From Acaryochloris thomasi RCC1774 (GTDB lineage: Bacteria > Cyanobacteriota > Cyanobacteriia > Thermosynechococcales > Thermosynechococcaceae), in assembly GCF_003231495.1 (NCBI RefSeq), contig NZ_PQWO01000009.1, forward strand, positions 150,001 to 182,000: DNA of 32,000 nucleotides. Reading direction: 5' to 3'. Numbering within the stretch: position 1 is the first letter of the stretch; every line of letters starts with the position of its first letter. This document shows positions 15,162-23,966 of the stretch, piece by piece. The notes below the pieces were generated by a model. It saw only the letters and a list, made by a program, of their open reading frames with translations. It was not told the origin of the DNA and did not search any database. Position numbers and translations under genes: made by a program.

Positions 15162-17009
15162 ATGTGGCCCAAGCCAAATAAAGATCAGCATCGGCACGAT
15201 GACTCAAATCTACAGTTTGATCGCAGAACGGAAGCCAAGCTACGGCGCAAGAAGGCTGCAGTCTTAGCCGCCAAGCGTCCCCATGCAACGCATCAAAGTA
15301 ATGGGGAAGAAATCTTGGCCGGACAGCCCGGTAATTTCCGAAAAGGACTAGAGCATAGTGAAGATGGTTTTCTGGTAGATCCCAGAGACTATCAGACCTA
15401 TCGCAGCGCCATTCGCAGTGGCTTACCTGACGAGCTTGACACGGTGCCGGTCCCGCCCACAATGGGGCAAGGGCGTCGCAAATGGGAAAGTCCTGGCACA
15501 GGATTTGTCTTTGACCTCGAAGGCCCAGATGCTCAGGCGATCACAATGCCGCCAGCCCCAAAGCTTGATAGTGCAGAACTAGCAGCAGAACTGGCTGAAG
15601 TTTATGCCATGGCGAAGCTACGAGATACTCGGTTTTCTAGTTTTGGTGCAGGCGGCACCGTCTCTGAATGCATTACCGTGCTGAATAAATTCAGTTGGTT
15701 TGGCACTGGCTTTCAAAAGCGGCCAACTTGCCAGTACGACGTTGAGCAGATTTTCGGTGAACAAGCAGGGCGATTTCTCGGACGTGAGCGAGCATCAGTT
15801 ACACCAGGGAATCTATTTCGAGGCGTCACAGAGGGGGACGAGAACGGTCCCTTCATTTCTCAATTTCTGTTAATTGGAAATCCCAGCCGTGGTGCTGACG
15901 CTGAGGTGGCCAACCCACTACCAGAGCCGCGGTTCGAGTGGCAAGAAAATGCAGGGAAGATTACCTATGGCGCCCATAGCATTGATCAGCGTGTCCGCAT
16001 CGCCACAGAGAACATTGACTTCATGACTGACTTCTGCGATTGGAAAACAGTCCAAAATGGGGTTAACGTCAATCGCCAATACCGCTTTGACTATAATCGA
16101 ACAGACTATACCCCCATCGCTAGGACGGGCGACCCAAATGAGCCCAATGGTCCCGCCTATCGCTTTATTTCAACTCCTCGGGACTTAGCCACCTACGTTC
16201 ATTTCGACCAACTTTACCAGGCCTATCTCAATGCCTGTATTTTGATGCTGGAGCGGGGTGTGCCGACAGACCCAGGTTTTAATCGATTCAATAATGGATT
16301 TAATCAACAAGGCTTTGCTCAGTTTGGTGGCCCACATATTCTCTCGCTGGTCACTGAAGTCGCAACAAGAGCGCTAAAAGCCGTTCGTTTTCAGAAATTT
16401 AATATCCACAATCGCACAAGACCAGAGGCGCTGGGCGGTTTGATGGATCGATTACGAGAGAACGCTAACGATTCGAGACTAGAACCTGTGCGTCAACTCT
16501 GGACAACGCTACAAGATACTGGCGTTTTACCCATGAAAAACCATTTGTTGCCAATGGCTTTTCCTGAAGGATCCCCCATGCATCCTTCCTATGGAGCCGG
16601 TCATGCCACTGTAGCAGGGGCCTGTGTGACAATACTGAAGGCTTTCTTTAAACACGACTACAATCTTGTCGAGCCAGGTCGCAAGGATGACAATGGCAAA
16701 CCCTTCCAGGATCAAGCCTATGAGGCTAACCCTAGTACGGGTGGGCGATCGCTATGCCCAGTCCATCTCAGCAAGCCTCTAACCGTAGAAGGGGAACTTA
16801 ATAAACTGGCTTCAAATATCTCCATTGGTAGAAATATGGCTGGGGTTCACTATTTCTCGGACTATATTGAGTCTCTGCGCTTAGGTGAGCTGATTGCCCT
16901 TGGCATTTTGGAAGAACAGGCGCTGACGTACAACAGCCACCAGTTTCCATTTTCAATGACCGTCCCTCTTTATGATGGCGGGACCGTCGTGATTGGAACG
17001 ATTGAGTAA
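15162..17009 (+). CDS. Vanadium-dependent haloperoxidase-like protein (PAP2 / acid-phosphatase superfamily)
   Basis: 615 aa. K412-x7-R420-P (KFNIHNRTRP) has the same spacing as the algal bromoperoxidase vanadate site. HPSYGAGHA spans residues 474-482. GRNMAGVHYFSD spans residues 556-567. Together these form the PAP2/VHPO tripartite signature. Confidence 0.8.
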   Translation: MWPKPNKDQHRHDDSNLQFDRRTEAKLRRKKAAVLAAKRPHATHQSNGEEILAGQPGNFRKGLEHSEDGFLVDPRDYQTYRSAIRSGLPDELDTVPVPPTMGQGRRKWESPGTGFVFDLEGPDAQAITMPPAPKLDSAELAAELAEVYAMAKLRDTRFSSFGAGGTVSECITVLNKFSWFGTGFQKRPTCQYDVEQIFGEQAGRFLGRERASVTPGNLFRGVTEGDENGPFISQFLLIGNPSRGADAEVANPLPEPRFEWQENAGKITYGAHSIDQRVRIATENIDFMTDFCDWKTVQNGVNVNRQYRFDYNRTDYTPIARTGDPNEPNGPAYRFISTPRDLATYVHFDQLYQAYLNACILMLERGVPTDPGFNRFNNGFNQQGFAQFGGPHILSLVTEVATRALKAVRFQKFNIHNRTRPEALGGLMDRLRENANDSRLEPVRQLWTTLQDTGVLPMKNHLLPMAFPEGSPMHPSYGAGHATVAGACVTILKAFFKHDYNLVEPGRKDDNGKPFQDQAYEANPSTGGRSLCPVHLSKPLTVEGELNKLASNISIGRNMAGVHYFSDYIESLRLGELIALGILEEQALTYNSHQFPFSMTVPLYDGGTVVIGTIE

Positions 17010-17040
17010 CGCCGATTTGCAGGGAACAAACAATTCACAA

Positions 17041-17072
17041 GGTTCCGGCTCTGGGGTCGGGACCTTTTCTCT
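17041..17072 (+). terminator. Rho-independent terminator candidate after the haloperoxidase gene
   Basis: The stem GGTTCCG / CGGGACC has 7 bp including one G-U pair, with a 10-nt loop. It is followed by TTTTCTCTT. Confidence 0.5.
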
Positions 17073-17332
17073 TGAAAGACGTTTGACGGGTACATTCCCG
17101 CCCATACATCACTGATTGCGACGCTCTACCCTCAACTTATTGAGAGGCATTGTTACAAACGTTCAGAATATAGCTTGACAACTCTCCTCTACAATAAGGA
17201 ATACTTCTCAACTGCGAAAAAGAAGATATTTTGTAAATCCCTTGCTACACAAGTACTTCAGGATAAAGCGACCTGTATTTTTGATCGCATATTGCTCAAT
17301 CAATCTATTCCCTTTAGGAGGCTAACTGAAAC

Positions 17333-18493
17333 GTGTTGTCAAAGAAGACGATTAATCCACAAGCTCTAGAGGTATCCGTCGTCCAGCGTCGTACACCAAA
17401 AACACTATCCCTAATGGGTGCGGTTCTCGCCGTGCTGCTTTTGGGAACCGGGTGCGAAACCACGACAACAACCTCGGAAAGTGGCGGCAGTAGCTCAAGC
17501 GCTGGCGGCAACGTACAGCTGATAAGTGATTTCCCAGAGCAAGTTGTCATTCCGACGTACAAGCTGTTAGTAGAGAAGTCAAACACTCTCAAGACTAAAG
17601 TTGATGCCTTCACAGCCGATGCCAATGTAGAGACACTCAAGGCTGCTCAAGTCGCTTGGACCGAGGCCCGTGAACCTTGGGAACAGAGCGAAGCGTTTGC
17701 CTTTGGCCCGGCTGAATCTTTGGGGTATGACGGCGATCTTGATGATTGGCCCGTCAATGAGACCGATCTTAAAGGCGTGCTAAAGGGGGCGGCCCCCATC
17801 TCGGCAGAAACGGTTGAGGGGCTACAAACGACACAAAAAGGATTTCATACTATTGAGCTACTGCTTTTTGGCTCCGACAACAATAAAACGGCAGCAGATT
17901 TTTCTGACCGTGAAAAGCAGTTGGTGCAGCAGTTAGCCACCGCTTTTGACCAAACGGCAAATGATTTGGTGACCAGTTGGTCTGAAGGTATTGACGGCAA
18001 TCCAGCTTACAAGACTGTTTTAGCAACAGCGGGGAGCGAAGATAACTCAGCCTATCCCACGTCTCAATCGGCTCTAGAGGAAATCGTGGGTGGCATTATT
18101 GGCTGTCTAGATGAAGTAGGGAATGAGAAAATTGGCGAACCGCTCAAGGCTAAAACAACGGATGATCTAGAAAGTCGGTTTAGCCACACTTCTGCCACTG
18201 ATTTCAAAAACAACCTCATTGGCGCCCAGAACGCTTACCTAGGCAAGTCGAAGGCGGGCACAAGTGGTGCCAGCTTAAGCGCATGGCTTGCGGAAAAAGA
18301 TGCCGATCTTGATGCTCAGATTCAGAAAGAACTACAGGCCGCAATTGATGCAGTTGCCGCAATTCCGGCCCCCATTGAACCCAAGATCTCAGAAGAGGCG
18401 GCGTTGGCTCAAATGCAATCGGCCCAAGATGCTGTTTTGACTGCGTTTTCGACTTTCGAAGAGCAGGTATTGCCGCTGGTAGAGTCCAGCTAA
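17333..18493 (+). CDS. Imelysin (peptidase M75) / IrpA-like iron-regulated periplasmic lipoprotein
   Basis: 386 aa with a lipobox (LLLGTGC). WEQSEAFAFGPAESLGYDGDLDDWPVNETDL and GFHTIELLLFG are characteristic imelysin motifs. AGGAGG lies 11 nt upstream of the GTG start. Confidence 0.85.
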   Translation: MLSKKTINPQALEVSVVQRRTPKTLSLMGAVLAVLLLGTGCETTTTTSESGGSSSSAGGNVQLISDFPEQVVIPTYKLLVEKSNTLKTKVDAFTADANVETLKAAQVAWTEAREPWEQSEAFAFGPAESLGYDGDLDDWPVNETDLKGVLKGAAPISAETVEGLQTTQKGFHTIELLLFGSDNNKTAADFSDREKQLVQQLATAFDQTANDLVTSWSEGIDGNPAYKTVLATAGSEDNSAYPTSQSALEEIVGGIIGCLDEVGNEKIGEPLKAKTTDDLESRFSHTSATDFKNNLIGAQNAYLGKSKAGTSGASLSAWLAEKDADLDAQIQKELQAAIDAVAAIPAPIEPKISEEAALAQMQSAQDAVLTAFSTFEEQVLPLVESS

Positions 18494-18565
18494 GCCTGCA
18501 GTTCAATTCACTTTTCTCCTTGGTCAATGGCAGTTTTGGCCAGGAGTCGACTTCGTCCAAGATAA

Positions 18566-19972
18566 TTGTTCATCGTGCCGCTTATGTTCCGTTTTAAGTC
18601 AGTGAGTAAGCTGACGAAATTTCTTGTCCTTGCCGGTGGGGTTGCGATCTCAACCTTCCTCGCCTCAACCTTTTTCGTCCCCTCCTCTGTCCCTCCGGCG
18701 ATGGCCGGGGGCGACACCACCGTGATTAGCCGTAGTTCACGGGCCTACGAACATCCTGCTCCCAACCTCAGCGAGAAAAGTAATGAAGAGCATTTTGAAG
18801 GTGATCTGGCCTTTGATGCCGTCTTTGTCACGGCCCCCGCACGCGTCAATCCAGGGTTAGGACCACAGTTTAACAATGCCTCCTGTACTGGCTGTCACCT
18901 GCGAAATGGGCGTGGACTGCCTGAGAAAGGTCAGCTTTTGGTTCGGGTAAGCAATCCCGAGAATGCCTCAAACCTCCCTGACAAAGACGACTACCACGCT
19001 GAAAGGGTAGCCCCTTCAGAGAATACGCCTCCGGTTCCTGGTATTGGTACCCAGATTCAAGATCAGGCGATCTATGGACATCCACCTGAAGCTCGAGTAG
19101 AGATTAGCTGGAAAGCGGAAAAAGGACAGTATCAGGATGGGACGGGTTATGAGTTGCGATCGCCCCAGGCCACAATCACTCTTCCTAATGAGCAACCACT
19201 CCCCTCAGAAGTCTTAACCTCACTCCGCATTCCACCTCCAGTGTTTGGCTTAGGCCTCTTAGAGGCTGTCCCCGAAAAAAATATTTTGGCCCTAGCTGAT
19301 CCCAAAGACAGCAACAACGACGGCATCTCTGGTCGCCCGAATCAAGTTTGGGACATGGAACAGAAGAAAATAACCCTTGGACGCTTTGGGCTAAAGGCCA
19401 ATCAGCCTAATCTCCTGCAGCAGAGCGCGGCGGCCTACTTTAACGATATGGGCGTCACCAACCCCTTATTCTTAGAGGCGGACGGCTCCAGCGATATTGA
19501 TGCGCAGACACTGAAGGCAGCAGCGGTTTATGCTCAGACCTTGGCCGTTCCAGCTCGAACATTGATTAAAGATCAAAAGGTCAAGCGAGGTGAACAGCTT
19601 TTTACGAAGGCCAACTGTGCAAGCTGCCACATTTCTGAATTGCGCACGGGTCAGCATGAATATGCTGAACTAGAAAATCAAACCATTCATCCCTACACAG
19701 ATATGCTGCTGCACGATATGGGAGCAGGGCTAGCGGATAATCGCCCTGATTTCGAGGCGACGGGTAGTGAGTGGCGGACCTCACCTCTATGGGGCATTGG
19801 GGTTACTCAGACGGTTTTACCCTACTCTAGTTATCTCCACGACGGTCGCGCTCGCACCTTAGAGGAAGCCATTCTTTGGCACGGGGGTGAAGCCCAGTCT
19901 GCTCAGCAAACATTCATGGCAATGGCAGAAGAAGATCGAGACGCTCTGGTTCGGTTCCTGCACTCTCTATAG
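18566..19972 (+). CDS. DUF1111 di-haem oxidoreductase / putative peroxidase (usual partner of imelysin)
   Basis: 468 aa with an N-terminal signal anchor. Two CxxCH haem motifs are present (CTGCHLRNGRG and CASCHISELRTG). LLHDMG and SPLWGIG are also present. Confidence 0.85.
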   Translation: MFIVPLMFRFKSVSKLTKFLVLAGGVAISTFLASTFFVPSSVPPAMAGGDTTVISRSSRAYEHPAPNLSEKSNEEHFEGDLAFDAVFVTAPARVNPGLGPQFNNASCTGCHLRNGRGLPEKGQLLVRVSNPENASNLPDKDDYHAERVAPSENTPPVPGIGTQIQDQAIYGHPPEARVEISWKAEKGQYQDGTGYELRSPQATITLPNEQPLPSEVLTSLRIPPPVFGLGLLEAVPEKNILALADPKDSNNDGISGRPNQVWDMEQKKITLGRFGLKANQPNLLQQSAAAYFNDMGVTNPLFLEADGSSDIDAQTLKAAAVYAQTLAVPARTLIKDQKVKRGEQLFTKANCASCHISELRTGQHEYAELENQTIHPYTDMLLHDMGAGLADNRPDFEATGSEWRTSPLWGIGVTQTVLPYSSYLHDGRARTLEEAILWHGGEAQSAQQTFMAMAEEDRDALVRFLHSL

Positions 19973-19994
19973 TGTTCGAGCCTTATCTACGCTA

Positions 19995-20025
19995 AACGGC
20001 GTCGCCCTAGCAGAGCAACGCCGTT
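19995..20025. terminator. Hairpin between convergent genes (possible bidirectional terminator)
   Basis: AACGGCGT (19995-20002) pairs with ACGCCGTT (20018-20025). The stem is 8 bp and the loop 15 nt. There is no strong U-tract. Confidence 0.35.
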
Positions 20026-20054
20026 ATTAAACGATCAGGAACTCAATCTTAGGC

Positions 20055-20243
20055 TTAACCTTCGCCGCCTTCGCCGCCTTCACCGTCTTCTTCTTCAATC
20101 TCGGCTGGCGTTGTTTGTTCTGTATCTGTGGGCGCTGTCTCTGCTTCGCCACCTTCGCCACCTGCATCACCAGTGGTTCCGCAGGCCGTGACCGTTGCAG
20201 CTAGGCCCAGAGCCAAAAAGACTTCAATTGCTTTTGAGCGCAT
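20055..20243 (-). CDS. Small acidic lipoprotein with GEGGEG repeats
   Basis: 62 aa. The signal peptide has a lipobox (LAATVTAC). The mature part is rich in Glu, Gly and Thr and ends in GEGGEGGEG. It is encoded by tandem 9-bp repeats at 20059-20085 and 20144-20161. Confidence 0.55.
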   Translation of the reverse strand: MRSKAIEVFLALGLAATVTACGTTGDAGGEGGEAETAPTDTEQTTPAEIEEEDGEGGEGGEG

Positions 20244-20466
20244 TTACTTTCTCCTGTTTGTTACCGAAACACATTTATTAAATGAGAGTGATTCTTCATA
20301 AAATAGAATCATGAAGTGGTGCATTTGTCATGCACGGTACTGAAATATAGGGTACCACTGCCCATAGCAGTGATGCGAAAACGTTGCCTCGTCTCATGCA
20401 ATGCATCAAAAGCTAGACCATCAAATATTAAAACTATGATTCTCTACGGTAACCTGTTAAATCCTC

Positions 20467-21120
20467 ATGATTGTTGAAGTTGAAAATGTGCTCGCGTCTG
20501 AGGAGCTTGAATACCTCACCTCAGCGCTCTCAAAGGCTCAGTTTGTCGACGGCAAGATCACGGCAGGCTGGCATGCCAAGCAGGTGAAGCAAAACTTGCA
20601 GATGCAACGGAATGCTCCAGAAGCAGCAGACCTGCGGCAGGTGGTTGAGTCAGCCCTCAGGCGACATCCATTGTTTAGTGCTGTGGTGCGGCCCAAGAAA
20701 ATTCACTCCATCCTGTTTAGCTGCTATGAAGTAGGGATGTCCTACGGTAGCCATGTGGATAATGCGCTCATGGGGCAGTGGCGCTCGGATGTTTCGTTCA
20801 CGCTATTTCTGGGGACGGCCTATCAAGGCGGAGAGCTGGTCATTGAGCATGCTGATGGTGAACGGCGGTATCGGCTGGGTGTCGGGGATGCGATCGCATA
20901 TCCTTCTTCCACACTTCATCGGGTCGAACCCGTCACGGACGGCACTCGATTAGTCGCGGTGGGCTGGGCACAAAGCCTGATCCGCGATCCGCAAAAGCGA
21001 GAACTGCTCTTTGATCTAGACACCGCACGGCGATCCTTGTTTGCTAGAGAAGGTAAGACCGTCGAATTTGATCTGATCTCTAAAAGTCACGCCAACCTGC
21101 TGCGTCAGTGGGTTGACTAA
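20467..21120 (+). CDS. PKHD-type Fe(II)/2-oxoglutarate-dependent hydroxylase (PiuC/YbiX family)
   Basis: 217 aa. The N-terminus resembles YbiX (VLASEELEYLTSAL...AQFVDGKITAG...QVKQNLQ). The facial triad comprises HVD in SYGSHVDNA plus a distal His in STLHRVEPV. Confidence 0.85.
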   Translation: MIVEVENVLASEELEYLTSALSKAQFVDGKITAGWHAKQVKQNLQMQRNAPEAADLRQVVESALRRHPLFSAVVRPKKIHSILFSCYEVGMSYGSHVDNALMGQWRSDVSFTLFLGTAYQGGELVIEHADGERRYRLGVGDAIAYPSSTLHRVEPVTDGTRLVAVGWAQSLIRDPQKRELLFDLDTARRSLFAREGKTVEFDLISKSHANLLRQWVD

Positions 21121-21174
21121 CGATTCGGAACATCCCTTCTTAGGCATCGGTCAATACATCATTCAAGCGTTATG

Positions 21175-21204
21175 CGGCAATTCTTCGTATTGCCGTTCGT
21201 TTCT
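21175..21204 (+). terminator. Hairpin with a T-rich tail after the hydroxylase gene (terminator or attenuator)
   Basis: CGGCAAT (21175-21181) pairs with ATTGCCG (21189-21195) around a 7-nt loop. It is followed by TTCGTTTCT. Confidence 0.4.
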
Positions 21205-21215
21205 AGGAAGTGAGC

Positions 21216-22688
21216 ATGATTAACCGTGGCCTATGGCGCCCTCTTCTGATCAGCCTTCTTTGCGTGATTAGCTTTCTGGGGCCGTTAGCAGTCCCCGTGC
21301 AGGCCGTCACTGACTCCCGAGCCATCTACGTTCTCAACCGTCTTAGCTTTGGTCCTCGCCCAGGCGATCTGGAACACATTCAGGCCGTCGGCGTTGAAGG
21401 GTACATCAAAGAACAGCTCTCCCCTAAATCTTTACAGCCGCCGTCAAACCTCAAACGAAAGCTACAGCAGCTCAAGATATTGAAGCTTACCCCCATTCAG
21501 GTTATTCAGCGCTTCGAGCCTCAGCGTCAACAACAACAGAGGCCAGCAGCTCAGAAAGCCGCACGCCAAAAAGCCCGTCGGCCTTTGAAGCAAGCAGAGC
21601 AAGCCCGGATAATACAGGCGATCGCTAGCCCTCGGCAGCTAGAAGAAGTGATGGTCAACTTCTGGTTTAATCACTTCAACGTTTCGGCAGAAAAAGGCAG
21701 AGTCAAATTCTGGATCGGAGACTACGAGCGGAATGCCATTCGTCCCTATGCTCTGGGTTCTTTTCGGGATCTGTTGGGGGCCACGGCTAAACACCCTGCA
21801 ATGTTGTTTTATCTTGATAACTGGCGCAACACTGCCCCCAACAGTCCAGGCGCTCGGGGGCGATTCCAGGGGCTTAACGAAAACTATGCCCGTGAACTGC
21901 TAGAACTGCATACTCTGGGCGTGAATGGAGGCTACACTCAGGCAGATATCATTGCCACCGCCGAACTATTGACCGGCTGGAGCATCCCAGCCCCCCGACA
22001 GATGGCTCAGCATCCTACGGGGTTTTACTTTAATGCAAAACGACATGACCCTCGTCCTAAGACCGTTCTGGGCACAAAAATTACGGGCCAGGGGATCGTG
22101 GCTGGCGAACAACTCTTAGATCTTTTAGCAAGTCACCCCGCTACCGCTCGGCAGATTAGCTATGAACTGGCTCAATATTTTGTTGCTGATCAGCCGCCAG
22201 AGGCACTGGTCAAGCGCCTCACGCAACGCTACCTCAAGACAGATGGTGATATTCGGGCTGTTCTGGACACTTTGTTCCACAGCCCTGAGTTTTGGGACGA
22301 TAAGTATAAAGGCCGTAAATATAAAACGCCCTATGAATATGTTCTCTCAGCAACACGCGCCCAAGGGCGCGATCTAGATTTCAACACTCAGCAGATGCTA
22401 GGAATGTTCGCCCAGCTTGGTATGCCGCTCTATCGCTGTCGGACACCCGATGGCTATCCGAATACCCAGACTGAATGGTTAAATCCAGAGGCCGTGACTC
22501 GCCGCGTTAGTCTCGCAATGACGCTCACGAGAAATCGAGGATCTCAGAACCGACCGACCGATCTGCCCCAGTTAGTCAACACGCTGGGAGATCAAATTTC
22601 GTCCCCAACCCAAACCGTGGTTGATGCCAGCCCCGAGCGCCTGCGTGCAGCTTTGCTGCTGGGTAGCCCTGACTTCATGTACCGCTAG
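21216..22688 (+). CDS. DUF1800 family protein (secreted)
   Basis: The signal peptide is MINRGLWRPLLISLLCVISFLGPLAVPVQA. The hallmark NENYARELLELHTLGVNGGYTQADI is present. AGGAAG lies 7 nt upstream of ATG 21216. The track start is a GTG at 21210. Confidence 0.85.
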   Translation: MINRGLWRPLLISLLCVISFLGPLAVPVQAVTDSRAIYVLNRLSFGPRPGDLEHIQAVGVEGYIKEQLSPKSLQPPSNLKRKLQQLKILKLTPIQVIQRFEPQRQQQQRPAAQKAARQKARRPLKQAEQARIIQAIASPRQLEEVMVNFWFNHFNVSAEKGRVKFWIGDYERNAIRPYALGSFRDLLGATAKHPAMLFYLDNWRNTAPNSPGARGRFQGLNENYARELLELHTLGVNGGYTQADIIATAELLTGWSIPAPRQMAQHPTGFYFNAKRHDPRPKTVLGTKITGQGIVAGEQLLDLLASHPATARQISYELAQYFVADQPPEALVKRLTQRYLKTDGDIRAVLDTLFHSPEFWDDKYKGRKYKTPYEYVLSATRAQGRDLDFNTQQMLGMFAQLGMPLYRCRTPDGYPNTQTEWLNPEAVTRRVSLAMTLTRNRGSQNRPTDLPQLVNTLGDQISSPTQTVVDASPERLRAALLLGSPDFMYR

Positions 22689-22696
22689 CAATTTGT

Positions 22697-23947
22697 ATGC
22701 CTGTTTTTAACCCTATGAACCGTCGTCACTTTCTCCGATACGGAACCCTAGCGGGAGCCTCTAGTCTTTTGGCCGTCGGCACCCGCGATCTCTGGTTCCC
22801 GCACCATGCGTGGGGCCAGTCTAGACGCTCACCGCGTCTAATCGTCATTTTGCTGCGCGGGGCCGTTGATGGCCTTAACGTGGTGGTTCCTTATCGAGAG
22901 TCGGCCTACTATGAAGCCCGTCCTTCCGTAGCCATTCCTCAACCTGGGCAGCCTCAGGGGGCTTTACCCTTAAACAACCAGTTTGGACTGCACCCAGCTC
23001 TTGAGGCACTGATGCCGCTTTGGAAAGCCGGTCAGTTGGCCTTTGTCCATGCCTGTGGGTCTCCCGATGCCACGCGTTCTCATTTTGATGCTCAAGACTA
23101 CATGGAGACGGGTATACCTGGAAACAAACGCATTAAGGACGGATGGCTGAATCGATTGTTGGCAAATCTACCTGCAGGTCCGATCACACAGGCAGTCAAT
23201 ATAGGGGCACAAACGCCGCTGATTTTGTCAGGTAGCCAACAGGTGACAACGCTTCCCCTGGGCAAAAAGGCGGTTCGTCGTCAGTCCATCGATAATATTC
23301 CAGTTCAAGAAGCGTTTGACCGCCTATATCAAGGTGATAACGCTCTGGCAAAGGCCTATCAGCGGGGCCGTCAGGCCCGCACAGCCCTCTTGGCGGAGTT
23401 TAATACTGAGATGATGCAGGCCTCAAAAGGAGCGCCCTCTCCTGTGAACGCCGCCAGTGATTTAAACCGGCTTGCAAAGCTCATGACGGGCAAGACTCAG
23501 ACCCAAGTGGCCTCGATTTCTTTTGGGAACTGGGACACCCACGTTAATCAGGGGAGCAGTCAGGGACCGTTAGCAAATCGGCTGCGTAGCCTGGGCGAGG
23601 GAATTCAACAGCTAACCCAGGCGCTGGGTTCAACGTTTAACGACACCACTATCGTGGTGATGTCAGAGTTTGGTCGCACCGTGGGTGAAAACGGGAATCA
23701 AGGCACCGATCATGGTCACGGCAATGTGATGTGGATTTTGGGAGGCCAGGTGAACGGTCAGCAAGTCTACGGGAACTGGCCAGGATTGGCTGAGACGCAG
23801 CTCTATCAAGGACGAGATTTAGCCGTGACGACGGATTTTCGGGATGCGATCGCATCCATTCTCACCCAGCATATGGGCCTCAACAGTACCCAGCTTGCTC
23901 AGGTTTTTCCAGGGCATTCCGTACAGCAGACACTGCCGATCTTCTAG
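22697..23947 (+). CDS. DUF1501 family protein (sulfatase / alkaline-phosphatase-like fold) with a Tat signal
   Basis: 416 aa. The twin-arginine motif is NRRHFLRYGTLAGASSLL. The C-terminal part contains SEFGRTVGENGNQGTDHGHGN. The gene starts 8 nt after the DUF1800 stop, which is the usual DUF1800-DUF1501 pairing. Confidence 0.85.
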   Translation: MPVFNPMNRRHFLRYGTLAGASSLLAVGTRDLWFPHHAWGQSRRSPRLIVILLRGAVDGLNVVVPYRESAYYEARPSVAIPQPGQPQGALPLNNQFGLHPALEALMPLWKAGQLAFVHACGSPDATRSHFDAQDYMETGIPGNKRIKDGWLNRLLANLPAGPITQAVNIGAQTPLILSGSQQVTTLPLGKKAVRRQSIDNIPVQEAFDRLYQGDNALAKAYQRGRQARTALLAEFNTEMMQASKGAPSPVNAASDLNRLAKLMTGKTQTQVASISFGNWDTHVNQGSSQGPLANRLRSLGEGIQQLTQALGSTFNDTTIVVMSEFGRTVGENGNQGTDHGHGNVMWILGGQVNGQQVYGNWPGLAETQLYQGRDLAVTTDFRDAIASILTQHMGLNSTQLAQVFPGHSVQQTLPIF

Positions 23948-23966
23948 CCATCGGCGTATAAACAAG

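Noticed and set aside
15073-15462. Track ORF 15073..15462 (-)
   Set aside because: It overlaps the haloperoxidase 5' end and the promoter palindrome. Its Trp/Cys/Arg-rich translation has no motif.
17175-17640. Track ORFs 17175..17369 (+) and 17314..17640 (-)
   Set aside because: They span the promoter and RBS or lie antisense to the imelysin gene. Nothing supports them.
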